Counted from the stretch's first letter, positions 20,871 to 31,444 are shown. The stretch is DNA of 64,000 bases from an uncultured Solirubrobacterales bacterium (GCA_963703825.1 CAVPFS010000003.1:5689-69688); one strand, 5' to 3'. Notes: a model not told the origin generated them from the letters alone. Numbers and translations are program-made.

Positions 20871-22706
20871 GTGATCAAGGACGGCAGCATCGCGACCGTG
20901 GAGCGTCGTCCAACCCGTCGGCGGTTGCACCTGTTGGTGTTGTGCGGCCTGATCGCCCTCGCGGCGCTTGGCGCACGGGTCTCACCGGCCCAGGGGGCGC
21001 CTTCTTCACTGCCGTCGAGTGACCCGTTCTACACCTACTCGGGCTCGACCCCGCTGTCGGAGATCGCACCTGGCACCGTCCTCAAGCAGCGTTCGGTCCA
21101 GATCGTGATCGCCGGTGTCACGACCCCCTATAGCGCTCAGCAGGTCCTCTACCGGACCACCGGAGAGCTGGGCCAGCCGACGGCCACCGTGGCGACGATC
21201 GTCAAGCCGCTGGTGCCCTCGCTCAGCACCAAGCTCGTCTCCTACCAGCCGTTCTACGACGCGCTCGGCTCCGAGTGCGATCCGTCCTACACGCTCCAAG
21301 GCGGCAACTCCAGCTATCAGGACGCCCAGATCGACGCCGGGCTGATGCAGAACTACCTTGCGGCGGGCGACACCGTCGTCACGGCCGACTACGAGGGAGA
21401 GAACCTCGACTGGGCCGCGGGTCAGGAATCGGCCTACAACACGCTCGACGGGATCCGCGCGGCCGAGAACCAGCTGAAGCTGCCGAGTTCCACGCCGGTC
21501 GGGATGGTGGGCTATTCGGGCGGCTCGATCGCCACCGAGTGGGCCAGCGAGCTGTCGCCGACCTACGCGCCGCAACTGAACATCGTCGGTGCCGCGGAGG
21601 GCGGGGTCCCGGTTGATTACGCGCACAACCTGACCTACATCAACGGTGACACCGACGGTTGGGCGGGCGTCATCCCCGCCGTGCTCGTCGGCACCTCGCG
21701 GGCCTTCCAGGTCAACCTCGGGACGTACCTGTCGGCCTACGGCGAGCAGGTGACCAATCAGGTCGCCGACCAATGCATCAATAGCTTCGCCGGCAACTAT
21801 CCCGGCCTCACGATCCAGCAGCTGCTGCAGCCCCAGTACCAGAACTTCCTCGGCGTCCCGACGTTCGCCAGCATCATCAACACGCTGACGATGGGCAACT
21901 CTCCCGGTCATCCGACCGAGCCGTTGTTCATGGCGGTCGGCAACTCGGACGGCACCGGGGACGGGGTGATGGTCGCCGCGGATGTGGAGGCGCTGGCGCA
22001 CGAGTACTGCGAGCGTGGAGTCCCGGTCACGTTCAGCGAATACACGGGTCTCGACCACGAGGAGGCGCTCGCGCCGTTCGAAACGACCGCGCTCGCGTTC
22101 CTGTCGGCGCGGTTCGCCGGCCTGCCCGCGGTCAACGGCTGTGCAGCGATCGGTCCGGGCAACTCGCTGGCGCTGCTGCCCGTGGGCTCCGCGTCGAGCA
22201 ACTCAGGCGGCGCGGCGGCGCACTGCCCGGTGGTGAGCGGCAAGCTGAGCGGCAAGAAGCTCGGCCTGGTCAACCTCGGGATGACCCGTCGGAAGGCACG
22301 AAAGGTGTACTCCGACAGCTCAAACCGCGGCAAGCGCTATGAGGACTTCTTCTGCCTGACCCCGATCGGGGTCCGGGTCGGCTACGCCTCGCCGAAGCTG
22401 CTCGCCACGCTCGCGGCCGGCCGCCGCAAAGCGTTCCGAAACCGAGTCGTGTGGGCTTCGACCTCAGACATCTACTACACGGTCAAGGGCGTCCGGCCCA
22501 GGACAACGGTCAAAGCCGCCCGCAACCAGCTCAAGCTCGAGAGGCCGTTCTACGTCGGCCGCAACACCTGGTACCTGGCACCAGACGGAAGCTCCACGGC
22601 GGTGCTCAAAGTACGACATGGGATCGTCGAGGAGATCGGAATCGGCGACAAGCAGTTCACCCGCACTCGCAAAGAGGACCGGGTGTTCCTGCGCAGCTTC
22701 TATTAG
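20871..22706 (+). CDS. Secretory lipase (LIP family) with an extra basic C-terminal domain
   Basis: Signal peptide, DPFY, GYSGG nucleophile motif, GDGVM, DH; SD GAGGAG. Confidence 0.85.
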   Translation: MIKDGSIATVERRPTRRRLHLLVLCGLIALAALGARVSPAQGAPSSLPSSDPFYTYSGSTPLSEIAPGTVLKQRSVQIVIAGVTTPYSAQQVLYRTTGELGQPTATVATIVKPLVPSLSTKLVSYQPFYDALGSECDPSYTLQGGNSSYQDAQIDAGLMQNYLAAGDTVVTADYEGENLDWAAGQESAYNTLDGIRAAENQLKLPSSTPVGMVGYSGGSIATEWASELSPTYAPQLNIVGAAEGGVPVDYAHNLTYINGDTDGWAGVIPAVLVGTSRAFQVNLGTYLSAYGEQVTNQVADQCINSFAGNYPGLTIQQLLQPQYQNFLGVPTFASIINTLTMGNSPGHPTEPLFMAVGNSDGTGDGVMVAADVEALAHEYCERGVPVTFSEYTGLDHEEALAPFETTALAFLSARFAGLPAVNGCAAIGPGNSLALLPVGSASSNSGGAAAHCPVVSGKLSGKKLGLVNLGMTRRKARKVYSDSSNRGKRYEDFFCLTPIGVRVGYASPKLLATLAAGRRKAFRNRVVWASTSDIYYTVKGVRPRTTVKAARNQLKLERPFYVGRNTWYLAPDGSSTAVLKVRHGIVEEIGIGDKQFTRTRKEDRVFLRSFY

Positions 22707-22759
22707 CGCCCGCGCACTAACGTCCGCGCACCAAGTGTCGGGGGCACTAGTCGATCGGA

Positions 22760-23173
22760 TCAGTCCTCGTTGGGCGGCGTGCGGCGATCGCGCTTGCGTT
22801 CTGCCCGGCGGCGCTTGTCGGCCTCGCGGCGGCGGAGGGAGGCGGCCGTTGGCCGCGTGGGGCGGCGCGGGCGGACCGGTTTCAGGGCGCTCTGGAGCCG
22901 GCTCTGGAGGCGCTCGAGCGCGAGCTCGCGGTTGCGGGCCTGGCTGCGCTCGTCCTGAGCGACGGCCGTCACCGTCGGGCCGAGCCGCTCGATGATCCGC
23001 CGCTTCTGGGCTTCGGTGAGCGCGGCGGAGGCGGCGACGTCGAAGCTCGCCTCGATCCGGGTGGCGGTTTTGTTCGCGTGCTGACCTCCAGGCCCCGAAG
23101 AGCGCGTCGCGCGCAGCTCGATCTCCCCGTGCGGGATCGCGGTGGTGGATGTGAGGGGGATCGGATCTTCCAT
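22760..23173 (-). CDS. arfB: Alternative ribosome rescue factor (peptidyl-tRNA hydrolase)
   Basis: SSGPGGQHANKT, RSQARNRE, basic C-terminal tail. Confidence 0.9.
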   Translation of the reverse strand: MEDPIPLTSTTAIPHGEIELRATRSSGPGGQHANKTATRIEASFDVAASAALTEAQKRRIIERLGPTVTAVAQDERSQARNRELALERLQSRLQSALKPVRPRRPTRPTAASLRRREADKRRRAERKRDRRTPPNED

Positions 23174-23359
23174 CTTGATGGCCAGATGATGCCTGTGTCC
23201 AGGGCGTGAACCGTTTGGGCCTCTGATTCTGCGGGCCGTTGTCCGTGCTACCGTGCCGCGCGCAAGGCTGCTCGTCAGGGCGGCGAAAGGCAGGTGCAGG
23301 CCTCGGGGTAGTCACAACCTCCGCGAGCAGCACTTTCGAGCTACGGAGGAGAGACTCCC

Positions 23360-23563
23360 ATGGCTACCGGAACAGTCAAGTGGTTCAGCGACGAGAAGGG
23401 CTTCGGCTTCATCACGCCCGATGAGGGCAGCCGTGACCTGTTCGTCCACCACACGAGCATCCAGGCCGACGGCTATCGCTCACTCGCGGAGGGCGCCAAA
23501 GTGTCCTACGAGGAGGAAGCCGGGCCCAAGGGTCCGAAGGCGATCAACGTCCAGAAGATCTAG
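23360..23563 (+). CDS. Cold-shock protein
   Basis: GTVKWF, KGFGFI, LFVHH. Confidence 0.95.
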   Translation: MATGTVKWFSDEKGFGFITPDEGSRDLFVHHTSIQADGYRSLAEGAKVSYEEEAGPKGPKAINVQKI

Positions 23564-23576
23564 GCGCGCGCAACAG

Positions 23577-23635
23577 TCGGGCTCGGGGCGCCCGGGGCTC
23601 GGGGCGCCGGGCTCGGGGCGCCGGGGCTCCGGCGC
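23577..23635 (+). repeat. Short GC-rich tandem repeat (GGGCTCGGGGCGCC, about 4 imperfect copies)
   Basis: Seen directly downstream of the csp stop. Confidence 0.75.
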
Positions 23636-23674
23636 CGCCACGGGTCCGCCGCTTGGCAGTAGGGTCGGGGCGCG

Positions 23675-24322
23675 ATGGCCGACTGGGTCACGATCTCCTC
23701 GCTTGCGACGGCCGGCGGCACGCTCGTGCTCGCGATCGCGACCTTCAGCTCGGTCAGGTCGGCCAACCGGGCCGCGCGGGTGGCCGAGCAGTCGCTGCTG
23801 GTTGGTATGCGCCCGGTGCTGGTTCCCTCGCGCGAGGACGACCCGACCGAGCGGCTCCGGTTCGGCGACCAGCAGGTGCTCACCGTGCCCGGACACGGTG
23901 GATCGTTCTTCGTTGGAGACGAGGCGATCTACTTCGCGATGGCGCTGCGCAACGGCGGCAGCGGGCTCGCGGTGATCCATGGCTGGCGCGCCGCGCCGCG
24001 CGCCGACAGCGCGAGCGAGCGTCCCGACCTCGACGAGTTCCGCAGCCAGCAGATTGACCTCTTCATCCCGGCCGGCGACACCGGCCACTGGCTCGGAGCG
24101 CTGCGGGACCCGAGCGAACCGCGGTTCGAGCAGCTGCGCCAGACGATCCAGAGTCACGAGCTCGTGCAGATCGACCTGCTGTACGGCGACCACGAGGGTG
24201 GGCAGCGCACGATCGCGCGGTTCGTTCTGCAGCAATGGCCCGACGAGGGACTCGAGGGCAAGCGAGCCAACGTCCTGCGCTACTGGAACGTCGACGGTCA
24301 CGACCCGCGGGGACGCGACTAG
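23675..24322 (+). CDS. Hypothetical protein with N-terminal TM helix
   Basis: Clean ORF; TAGGGT 9 nt upstream. Confidence 0.7.
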   Translation: MADWVTISSLATAGGTLVLAIATFSSVRSANRAARVAEQSLLVGMRPVLVPSREDDPTERLRFGDQQVLTVPGHGGSFFVGDEAIYFAMALRNGGSGLAVIHGWRAAPRADSASERPDLDEFRSQQIDLFIPAGDTGHWLGALRDPSEPRFEQLRQTIQSHELVQIDLLYGDHEGGQRTIARFVLQQWPDEGLEGKRANVLRYWNVDGHDPRGRD

Positions 24323-24382
24323 CGCGTCCGGCCGTGCCCGGTTGCGCGCCGGCCACTGCTCGGCTTGCGCCGAGGGCCGACA

Positions 24383-24501
24383 GCGGACATTTCCCAGCGA
24401 GCGGTCGCGTCCTGGGCGGGGGTCGCTCTGTTACGTCCAGCAGGTGGAACCAGGAGAGCGAGCGGCCTGGTGTGGGCGGGGGCTCGCTCTGAAATGTCCG
24501 C
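24383..24501. repeat. Twin-hairpin REP/MITE-like element
   Basis: Terminal inverted repeat GCGGACATTTC/GAAATGTCCGC and two related internal palindromes. Confidence 0.65.
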
Positions 24502-24567
24502 CCGGCGTTGGCCAGGCCGTTGGCGCCCGCGGGCGTTCGCTCCCGCCGGGCGTCCGCGCCCGCGGCC

Positions 24568-24792
24568 CTACGCGCCCTCGCCCTCGCTGTCGTCGCCGTC
24601 GCCGTCGCCGTCCTGCTCCTCGCCCGCCGCCGGAGCGGGCGCACCCGGAACGCCCGGATCGTGGCGCTTGGCCTCCCAGTCAGTGCGCGCCTCGCCGATC
24701 TGCTGCTCCAGGCGCTCGCTCTCGTGTTCGAGCTTGTCGGCCTGCTGCTCAAACTCGTCAGCCAGGCGCTCGTGATCATCGCCAGATGCCAT
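24568..24792 (-). CDS. Small acidic coiled-coil hypothetical protein
   Basis: 74-aa ORF. Confidence 0.6.
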   Translation of the reverse strand: MASGDDHERLADEFEQQADKLEHESERLEQQIGEARTDWEAKRHDPGVPGAPAPAAGEEQDGDGDGDDSEGEGA

Positions 24793-24903
24793 CTGGCTCT
24801 AGTCTCACCGCCGACGATCGCTCGTAAACGCATGACCGCCCCGACGAGTAATATCGATCGCAGTGGGGTGTTCTGTAGGTGACGGCGCACAGGGAAGGAC
24901 CAG

Positions 24904-26737
24904 ATGAGCAAGGCGGTTGAGGATCGCGAACGCGTGATCATCCGCTTCGCCGGCGACTCCGGCGATGGGATGCAGCTAACTGGCGGGCGCTTCACGGACG
25001 CGACCGCGGTCGTCGGCAACGATCTCGCGACGCTGCCGAACTTCCCGGCCGAGATCCGCGCCCCGGCCGGCACGCTCGCGGGCGTGTCGGCGTTCCAGAT
25101 CCACTTCGCCTCGCGCGACATCCTCACCCCGGGCGACGCCCCGAACGTGCTGGTCGCGATGAACCCAGCGGCGCTGAAGGCCAACATCGCAGAGCTCGAC
25201 CGAAGCGCGACGATCATCGTCAACGAGGACGCGTTCACGAAGCGCAACCTCGACAAGGCCGGCTACGCCGACAGCCCGCTCGAGGACGGCTCGCTGGAGG
25301 CCTACCGCGTCCACCGGATCCCGATGACGACGCTGACCACGCGCGCGGTCGAAGCGATCGAGGGCGTCACCACGCGTGACGCGGCGCGCGCCAAGAACCT
25401 GTTCGCGCTCGGCGTCTTGTCGTGGCTCTACGGCCGCCCGACTGACGTCACCAAGCGCTGGATCGAGCGCAAGTTCGCCCGCAACCCGGCGGTCGCCGAG
25501 GCCAACCTGGCGGCCTTCAACGCCGGCTGGTCGTTCGGCGAGACGACCGAGCTGCTCGACGTCCAGTACCGGGTCGCGCCGGCCAAGGACGTCGCCCCCG
25601 GGACCTACCGCAACGTCAATGGGACGACCGCCCTGTCGCTGGGTCTGATCGCCGCGAGCGTGCGCAGCGGGCTGCCGCTGGTGCTCGCCAGCTACCCGAT
25701 CACCCCCGCGTCGGAGCTTCTGCACGAGCTCTCGCGCCACGCCAAGATCGGCGTCACGACGATCCAGGCCGAGGACGAGATCGCCGCCGCCGGAATGGCG
25801 CTCGGAGCGGCCTTCGGCGGCCGCCTCGGAGTGACCGCCACCAGCGGTCCGGGGATGGACCTCAAGGCCGAGACGATCGGGCTCGCGGTGGCGCTCGAGC
25901 TGCCGATGATCGTGATCGACGTGCAGCGCGCCGGCCCTTCGACCGGGATGCCGACCAAGACTGAGCAGTCCGATCTGCTGATGGCGCTGTACGGACGTCA
26001 TGGCGAGTCGCCGCTGCCGGTGATCGCCCCGAGCACCACCGGCGGCTGCTTCGAGGCCGCGTTCGAGGCGGCACGGATCGCGATCACCTACCGGACGCCC
26101 GTGATCGTGCTCTCGGACACGTTCCTGGCCTCATCGTCCGAGCCGTGGCTGATACCGGACGTGTCAACGCTGCCGGCGATCGAACCGGCGTTCGCGGTCG
26201 ACGACGGCAGCGAGTTCGCACCCTACACGCGCGACGAGCGGCTCGCGCGGCCGTGGGCGATCCCCGGGACACCCGGCCTCTCAGCACCGGATCGGCGGGC
26301 TCGAGAAGGCCGACGGCTCGGGCAACATCTCCTATGACGGCGCCAACCACGAGCGCATGACCCACCTGCGTGCCAAGAAGGTCGCCGGGATCGCGAATGA
26401 AATCCCGCCGCTGACCGTCGACTCCGATCCCGGCGCGAACCTGCTGGTGCTCGGCTGGGGGTCGACCGAGGGCGCGATCCGCGCCGGCGTCAGGCGCGCG
26501 CGAGAGGCGGGCACCAAGGTCGCGTGCGCGCAGCTGCGGCATCTGAATCCGCTGCCGGCCAACGTGGGCGATGTGCTGCGGTCGTTCGATCGCGTGCTGG
26601 TGCCAGAGCTCAACAGCGGCCAGCTCGCTCAGATCCTTCGGGCGCGCTTCCTGGTCGACGTCGAGTCGTTCTCCAAGGTCCAGGGCCAGCCGCTGTTCAC
26701 GGCCGAGGTCGCTCGCGAGATCGCGGAGCGAGCGTGA
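24904..26737 (+). CDS. korA: 2-oxoacid:ferredoxin oxidoreductase alpha subunit (one frameshift near 26283)
   Basis: FAGDSGDGMQLTG, YPITPAS, QAEDEIAA, TSGPG, QRAGPSTGMPT. Confidence 0.92.
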
Positions 26738-26738
26738 G

Positions 26739-27731
26739 ATGAGCACCACCCTCTCCAAGGCGGACTTCCAGTCAGATCAGGAGACCCGCTGGTGCCCGGG
26801 GTGCGGCGACTACGCGGTCCTGTCGGCGGTCCAGCAGTTCATGCCCGAGCTCGGGATCCCGCCCGAAAGGATCGTGTTCATCACCGGCATCGGTTGCGCC
26901 GGGCGCTTCTCGTACTACATGGACACCTACGGCATGCACGGCATCCATGGCCGCGCGCCGGCGCTTGCGACGGGGCTGGCTAGCGCCCGCGAGGACCTCT
27001 CCATCTGGGTCGTGACCGGCGACGGCGACTCGCTGTCGATCGGCGGCAACCACCTGATCCACGCACTGCGCCGCAACGTTCCAGTCAAGATCCTGCTGTT
27101 CAACAACCAGATCTACGGCCTCACCAAGGGCCAGGCGTCACCGACTTCGGAGATCGGCAAGATCACCAAATCGACCCCGTTCGGCGTCGCCGACCATCCA
27201 TTCAACCCGGTCGCGCTGGCGCTGGGCGCGGAGGCGACGTTCGTCGCCCGGACGATCGACCGCGACCGCCACCACCTGACCGCGGTGCTGCGGGCCGCGG
27301 CCGCGCACGAGGGCGCGGCGCTGGTCGAGATCTACCAGAACTGCCCCGTGTTCAATGACGGGGCCTTCGACTCGCTGACTGACAAGGCGCTGCGCGACTC
27401 AAACCAGATCCGGCTCGAGGCCGGCAAGCCGATCACCTTCGGCCCGAAGTTCGAGCGCGGCGTGGTGCAGGGGCCGGACGGCTGCCTGACGATGGTCGAC
27501 GTCGACCACGTGGACGAGAGCACGCTGCTGGTCCACGACCCGGCACGCTCTGACCCGGGGCCCGCGTTCTCGCTCGCCAAGCTCGCCGAAACCCCCGCCG
27601 CGCCGACACCGATCGGCATCTTCCGCGACGTCGAGCGTCCCGTCTACGGGCGCAGCTCAGCGTCCGAGCCGGCCTCAGAGCAGCAGCTCGCCGACCTGCT
27701 GACGGCCGGCGAGAGCTGGACGATCGCGTAG
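26739..27731 (+). CDS. korB: 2-oxoacid:ferredoxin oxidoreductase beta subunit
   Basis: WCPGCGD, GIGC, GDGD..SIGGNH, NNQIYGLTKGQ. Confidence 0.92.
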   Translation: MSTTLSKADFQSDQETRWCPGCGDYAVLSAVQQFMPELGIPPERIVFITGIGCAGRFSYYMDTYGMHGIHGRAPALATGLASAREDLSIWVVTGDGDSLSIGGNHLIHALRRNVPVKILLFNNQIYGLTKGQASPTSEIGKITKSTPFGVADHPFNPVALALGAEATFVARTIDRDRHHLTAVLRAAAAHEGAALVEIYQNCPVFNDGAFDSLTDKALRDSNQIRLEAGKPITFGPKFERGVVQGPDGCLTMVDVDHVDESTLLVHDPARSDPGPAFSLAKLAETPAAPTPIGIFRDVERPVYGRSSASEPASEQQLADLLTAGESWTIA

Positions 27732-27790
27732 CCGGCCGGCTCCGCCTGGCTCCGCCGGCACGCCCGGCTGGGTCCGCCGGCAGGCCCGGC

Positions 27791-28120
27791 TCAGGCGACG
27801 TGGCCGTCTGCAGGCTCGAGCGGCAGCCCGGCCGCGGCCCAGTCGAGCAGGCCACCGAGCATGTTGTGGGCGTCGAAACCGGCCTGGACGAACGCGTCGC
27901 TGGCCATCGCCGAGCGCGAGCCGCTGCGGCAGTAGAAGACGATCGGGCGCGAGCGGTCGAGCGTGTCCGCCTCCGCGGCGAGACGCTGGAGCTCGATCAG
28001 GCGGTCGCCCGCGATCCGGCCGGCGTGGTGCTCGTGGCGCTCGCGGACGTCAACGAGCTGGATCTCGCCACGTGCAAGCAGCTCGGAGACCTCCTGTGGG
28101 GTGTAGTCGGCCCCGCTCAC
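27791..28120 (-). CDS. Rhodanese-like protein
   Basis: LVDVRE, YCRSGSRS, GGLLDW. Confidence 0.88.
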   Translation of the reverse strand: MSGADYTPQEVSELLARGEIQLVDVRERHEHHAGRIAGDRLIELQRLAAEADTLDRSRPIVFYCRSGSRSAMASDAFVQAGFDAHNMLGGLLDWAAAGLPLEPADGHVA

Positions 28121-28282
28121 CGCGCAACCGATCCTGCAGTCAAAAGCACCGTCTGAGCGTAGCGTTTGCGGCGTGGCGCCCGGCTGCGGCCGGGTATTGG
28201 AGACGGGACGGTTTCCCTGCAAAGGGTTCCCACATGACAGGGATCTTGCGCGTGCGGTACTGTGCCTGCCGATATCAAGCCC

Positions 28283-28418
28283 AAGCCGAATCGCGCCGGC
28301 ACCATAGCCGGGGCGATCGGGGAACCCGATGGGACCGAAAGGTTCCTGGGGCGAATCGCCGGGACACCGGCGTAGCGCGACTCTTTCAGCGCGAGCCCGT
28401 CAGCTAACCCCGTAGGCA
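28283..28418 (+). ncRNA. c-di-AMP (ydaO/yuaA) riboswitch
   Basis: GCCGAATC...GGGGAACC...GGGGCGAATC...GTAG...CCCGTCAGCTAACCCCGTAGGC upstream of a cell-wall hydrolase; candidate promoter ATGACA-N18-TACTGT. Confidence 0.9.
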
Positions 28419-28439
28419 CGCGAAAGAGAAGGGTAGTCC

Positions 28440-29558
28440 GTGCTCCACTTCCGTCTACGATTGCAACGGCGCCTAGCGTTAGCCGTACTGATCGCTGCCG
28501 CCGCGTTCGTGCCCGCCACCGCGCAAGCAAGCTCACCCCGGTTCGGCGCGCGGGTGCTCCGCCAGGGAATGACCGGCGCCGATGTCAAGACGCTCCAGGC
28601 AGAGCTGACCAAGGTCGGCCTGAAGACCGACGAGACGGGCTATTTCGGCTCGATGACCGCGGGCAACGTCCGCAAGTTCGAGCGCGCCCACCGGCTGATC
28701 GTCAACGGCGTCGTCGGTCAGCAGTTCGTACGCGCGCTGGGAACGGCGCTGGCCGCAAGCAGCACGACGGTCGTCACCGCCCAGGGCGATGGTGCCGCGG
28801 CGCTCACGATCCGCCCGCAGACGACCAAGACTGACCCGACCGACAACCCGGTCTCGGTCAAGCCCAACGGCAGCTCACAGCACCTCGGCGACCGGACCCT
28901 GAAGGAGGGCATGACCGGCCACGACGTCCGCGTGCTCCAGGGCTATCTGACGCTCGCGGGGTTCGCCACCAACGTCGACGGCGACTTCGGCCCCGCGACC
29001 GAGGCCAACGTGATCGCCTTCGAGCTCGCGCACGGGCTGAACAGCAGCGGCACCTTCACCTACGCCGAGAGCCTGGTCCTGCGTCAGGTCGTCGCCGCTA
29101 CCCTCGCCGCGGCCCCGGTCGGCAAGGCGCGGATCAACCCCGATGGCACCGCGACCGCCCCGGCCGGCGCGCCGCAGGTCGTCCAGGAAGTGATCGCGGC
29201 CGCCAACCAGATCGTCGACAAGCCCTACATCTACGCCGGCGGACACGCGAGCTGGAACGCAGCCGGCTATGACTGCTCGGGATCGGTCAGCTATGCGCTG
29301 CACGGCGGCGGCCTGCTGTCCTCGCCCGAGGACTCCACCGGCCTGGAGTCATTCGGGAGCCCTGGACCCGGCAAGTGGATCACGATCTACGCCGACGCCG
29401 CGCACACCTGGGTCGTCGTCGCCGGGATCGCGTTCGACACCGCCGACTACGGCGGCCCCAACATCCCGAGCGGCACCGGCCCGCGCTGGCGGTCGAACCC
29501 GACCGGCAACCTGGCCGACGGCGGCGATTACATCATCCGTCACCCGTCCGGCCTGTAG
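28440..29558 (+). CDS. Secreted peptidoglycan hydrolase: two PG-binding domains plus NlpC/P60-like domain
   Basis: LRQGMTGADVKTLQ and LKEGMTGHDVRVLQ repeats; YIYAGGH, YDCSGSVS, H. Confidence 0.85.
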   Translation: MLHFRLRLQRRLALAVLIAAAAFVPATAQASSPRFGARVLRQGMTGADVKTLQAELTKVGLKTDETGYFGSMTAGNVRKFERAHRLIVNGVVGQQFVRALGTALAASSTTVVTAQGDGAAALTIRPQTTKTDPTDNPVSVKPNGSSQHLGDRTLKEGMTGHDVRVLQGYLTLAGFATNVDGDFGPATEANVIAFELAHGLNSSGTFTYAESLVLRQVVAATLAAAPVGKARINPDGTATAPAGAPQVVQEVIAAANQIVDKPYIYAGGHASWNAAGYDCSGSVSYALHGGGLLSSPEDSTGLESFGSPGPGKWITIYADAAHTWVVVAGIAFDTADYGGPNIPSGTGPRWRSNPTGNLADGGDYIIRHPSGL

Positions 29559-29614
29559 GCGTTCGCCACGCGCGCGTGCGCCCGTGCGCGCGCGGGGCTA
29601 GCATCCAGGACAGC

Positions 29615-30769
29615 ATGTCCGCGCTGTCAGAGCTGTACACGATCCCGCGCGAGCACCTCGACTTTCGCGAGACGATCCGCGACATCGCCCAGCAGCGGAT
29701 CGCGCCGCGGGCGGCCGAGATCGACGAGCAGGCCGCCTACCCGCACGACCTGCGCGAGCTGCTGGCCGAGCAGGACATCCTCGGGCTGCCGTTCGACACC
29801 GAGCACGGCGGAACCGGCACCGGGACGCTGATGCTGAACATGGCGGTCGAAGAGATCGCCAAGGCGTGTGCCTCGACGGCGCTGATCCTGATGATCCAGG
29901 AGCTCGGCACGCTGCCGATCAAACTGTTCGGCTCAGAACAGCTGCAGGAGCGCTTCTTGCCACGGTGCGCGACCGGCGAATGGTCGCCCGCGTTCGCGCT
30001 GTCTGAGCCCGACGCCGGCTCGGACCCGGGCGGGATGCGGACCCGCGCCGTGCTCGATGGCGACGAGTGGGTGATCGACGGGACCAAGAACTGGATCACC
30101 AACCTCGGGATCGCCGACTTCTACGTCGTGTTCGCCGTCACTGACAGGGAGGCCGGCCACTCGCGCGGGATCACCGCGTTCGTCGTCGAGGCCGACCGGC
30201 CGGGGTTCAGCGTCGGCAAGCTCGAGCACAAGCTCGGGATCCGCGGCTCACCGACCGGGCAGCCGATCTTCGACGGCGTCCGCGTGCCGCCCGAGAATGT
30301 GATCGGCGAGGTCAACCAGGGCTTCAAGGTCGCGATGTCGACGCTCGACCGCTCGCGGCTCGGCGTCGCCGCGCAGGCGCTGGGGATCGCCCAGGGCGCG
30401 ACTGACTACGCCGCCGCCTACGCGCGCGAGCGCAAGCAGTTCGGACAGCCGATCAACTCCTTTCAGGGGATCCAGTTCAAGCTCGCCGATATGGAGACCC
30501 AGTGCGCGGCCGGTCGCGAGCTGCTCTACCAGGCGTGCGCGAAGGTTGATCGCGGAGACCTCGACCTCGGCAAGTACTCGGCGATGGCGAAGCTGTTCTG
30601 CTCCGACGTCGCGATGAAGGTGACCGTCGAGGCGGTGCAGGTGCTCGGGGGCTACGGGTACGTCAAGGAGTATCCGGTCGAACGGATGCTCCGTGACGCG
30701 AAGATCACGCAGATCTACGAGGGCACGAACGAGATCCAGCGCCTCGTGATCGCCCGCACGATGAGGTAG
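29615..30769 (+). CDS. Acyl-CoA dehydrogenase
   Basis: FALSEPDAGSD, GTKNWITN, KLGIRGSPT, QIYEGTNEIQR. Confidence 0.93.
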   Translation: MSALSELYTIPREHLDFRETIRDIAQQRIAPRAAEIDEQAAYPHDLRELLAEQDILGLPFDTEHGGTGTGTLMLNMAVEEIAKACASTALILMIQELGTLPIKLFGSEQLQERFLPRCATGEWSPAFALSEPDAGSDPGGMRTRAVLDGDEWVIDGTKNWITNLGIADFYVVFAVTDREAGHSRGITAFVVEADRPGFSVGKLEHKLGIRGSPTGQPIFDGVRVPPENVIGEVNQGFKVAMSTLDRSRLGVAAQALGIAQGATDYAAAYARERKQFGQPINSFQGIQFKLADMETQCAAGRELLYQACAKVDRGDLDLGKYSAMAKLFCSDVAMKVTVEAVQVLGGYGYVKEYPVERMLRDAKITQIYEGTNEIQRLVIARTMR

Positions 30770-30773
30770 CGCG

Positions 30774-31418
30774 ATGCTCGGACGCCAGACGACGATCGGC
30801 CGGATCCTCCTCTCGGCGGTGGCTGCCTTGACGATCGGGCTCGGTGCCGTCGCGGTGCTGGCGGGCTTCAGTGACTCGCCGCCGCTGCGCCTGCTCGAGG
30901 GGGTCGCGGTGTTCGCGGCCGGCGCGATGGTGATCGTCGGTGTCGTCGTGCTGGTGATGATCCACCTCGCTGACTGGCGCGACCCCGAGTCAGAGGACGA
31001 CTTCGAGCGCCTCGTGATCCGCTCGGAACTGCTCGCAGAGGAGGGGCTGTGGGGCGACGCCGACGATGACGAGTTCGAAGACGAGGACGAGCCGTCGATC
31101 ACCGGCGACGAGGACTTCAAGGCGCTCGTGCGCTCGGCGCTGGACGAGCTGCCGCTCGAGTTCCATCGCGCGCTCGAGCACGTGGCGGTGGTCGTCTCCG
31201 ACGATGGGCGACGCCGGCACGCGTACGGCGTCTACCAGGGGGACACGGTCGCGCGCGACTACTTCCACGACCGGATCGTGATCTTCAAGGACACGCTGCT
31301 GCGCGACTTCGGACATGATCCGGAGCTGCTCAAGGCACAGGTCAAGCGCACCGTGCGTCACGAGCTCGCCCATCACCTCGGGTGGGACGAGAATGGCGTG
31401 CGGGGCCTCGGCCTCTGA
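30774..31418 (+). CDS. Membrane-anchored zincin-like metallopeptidase
   Basis: Two N-terminal TM helices, acidic linker, GVYQG, TVRHELAHH. Confidence 0.8.
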   Translation: MLGRQTTIGRILLSAVAALTIGLGAVAVLAGFSDSPPLRLLEGVAVFAAGAMVIVGVVVLVMIHLADWRDPESEDDFERLVIRSELLAEEGLWGDADDDEFEDEDEPSITGDEDFKALVRSALDELPLEFHRALEHVAVVVSDDGRRRHAYGVYQGDTVARDYFHDRIVIFKDTLLRDFGHDPELLKAQVKRTVRHELAHHLGWDENGVRGLGL

Positions 31419-31444
31419 CAACCCCCCCACGACAGGAGCATGAG

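Noticed and set aside
28268-28275. Sigma-28 promoter at GCCGATAT before riboswitch 1
   Set aside because: No matching -35 element; a sigma-A-type promoter explains the region.
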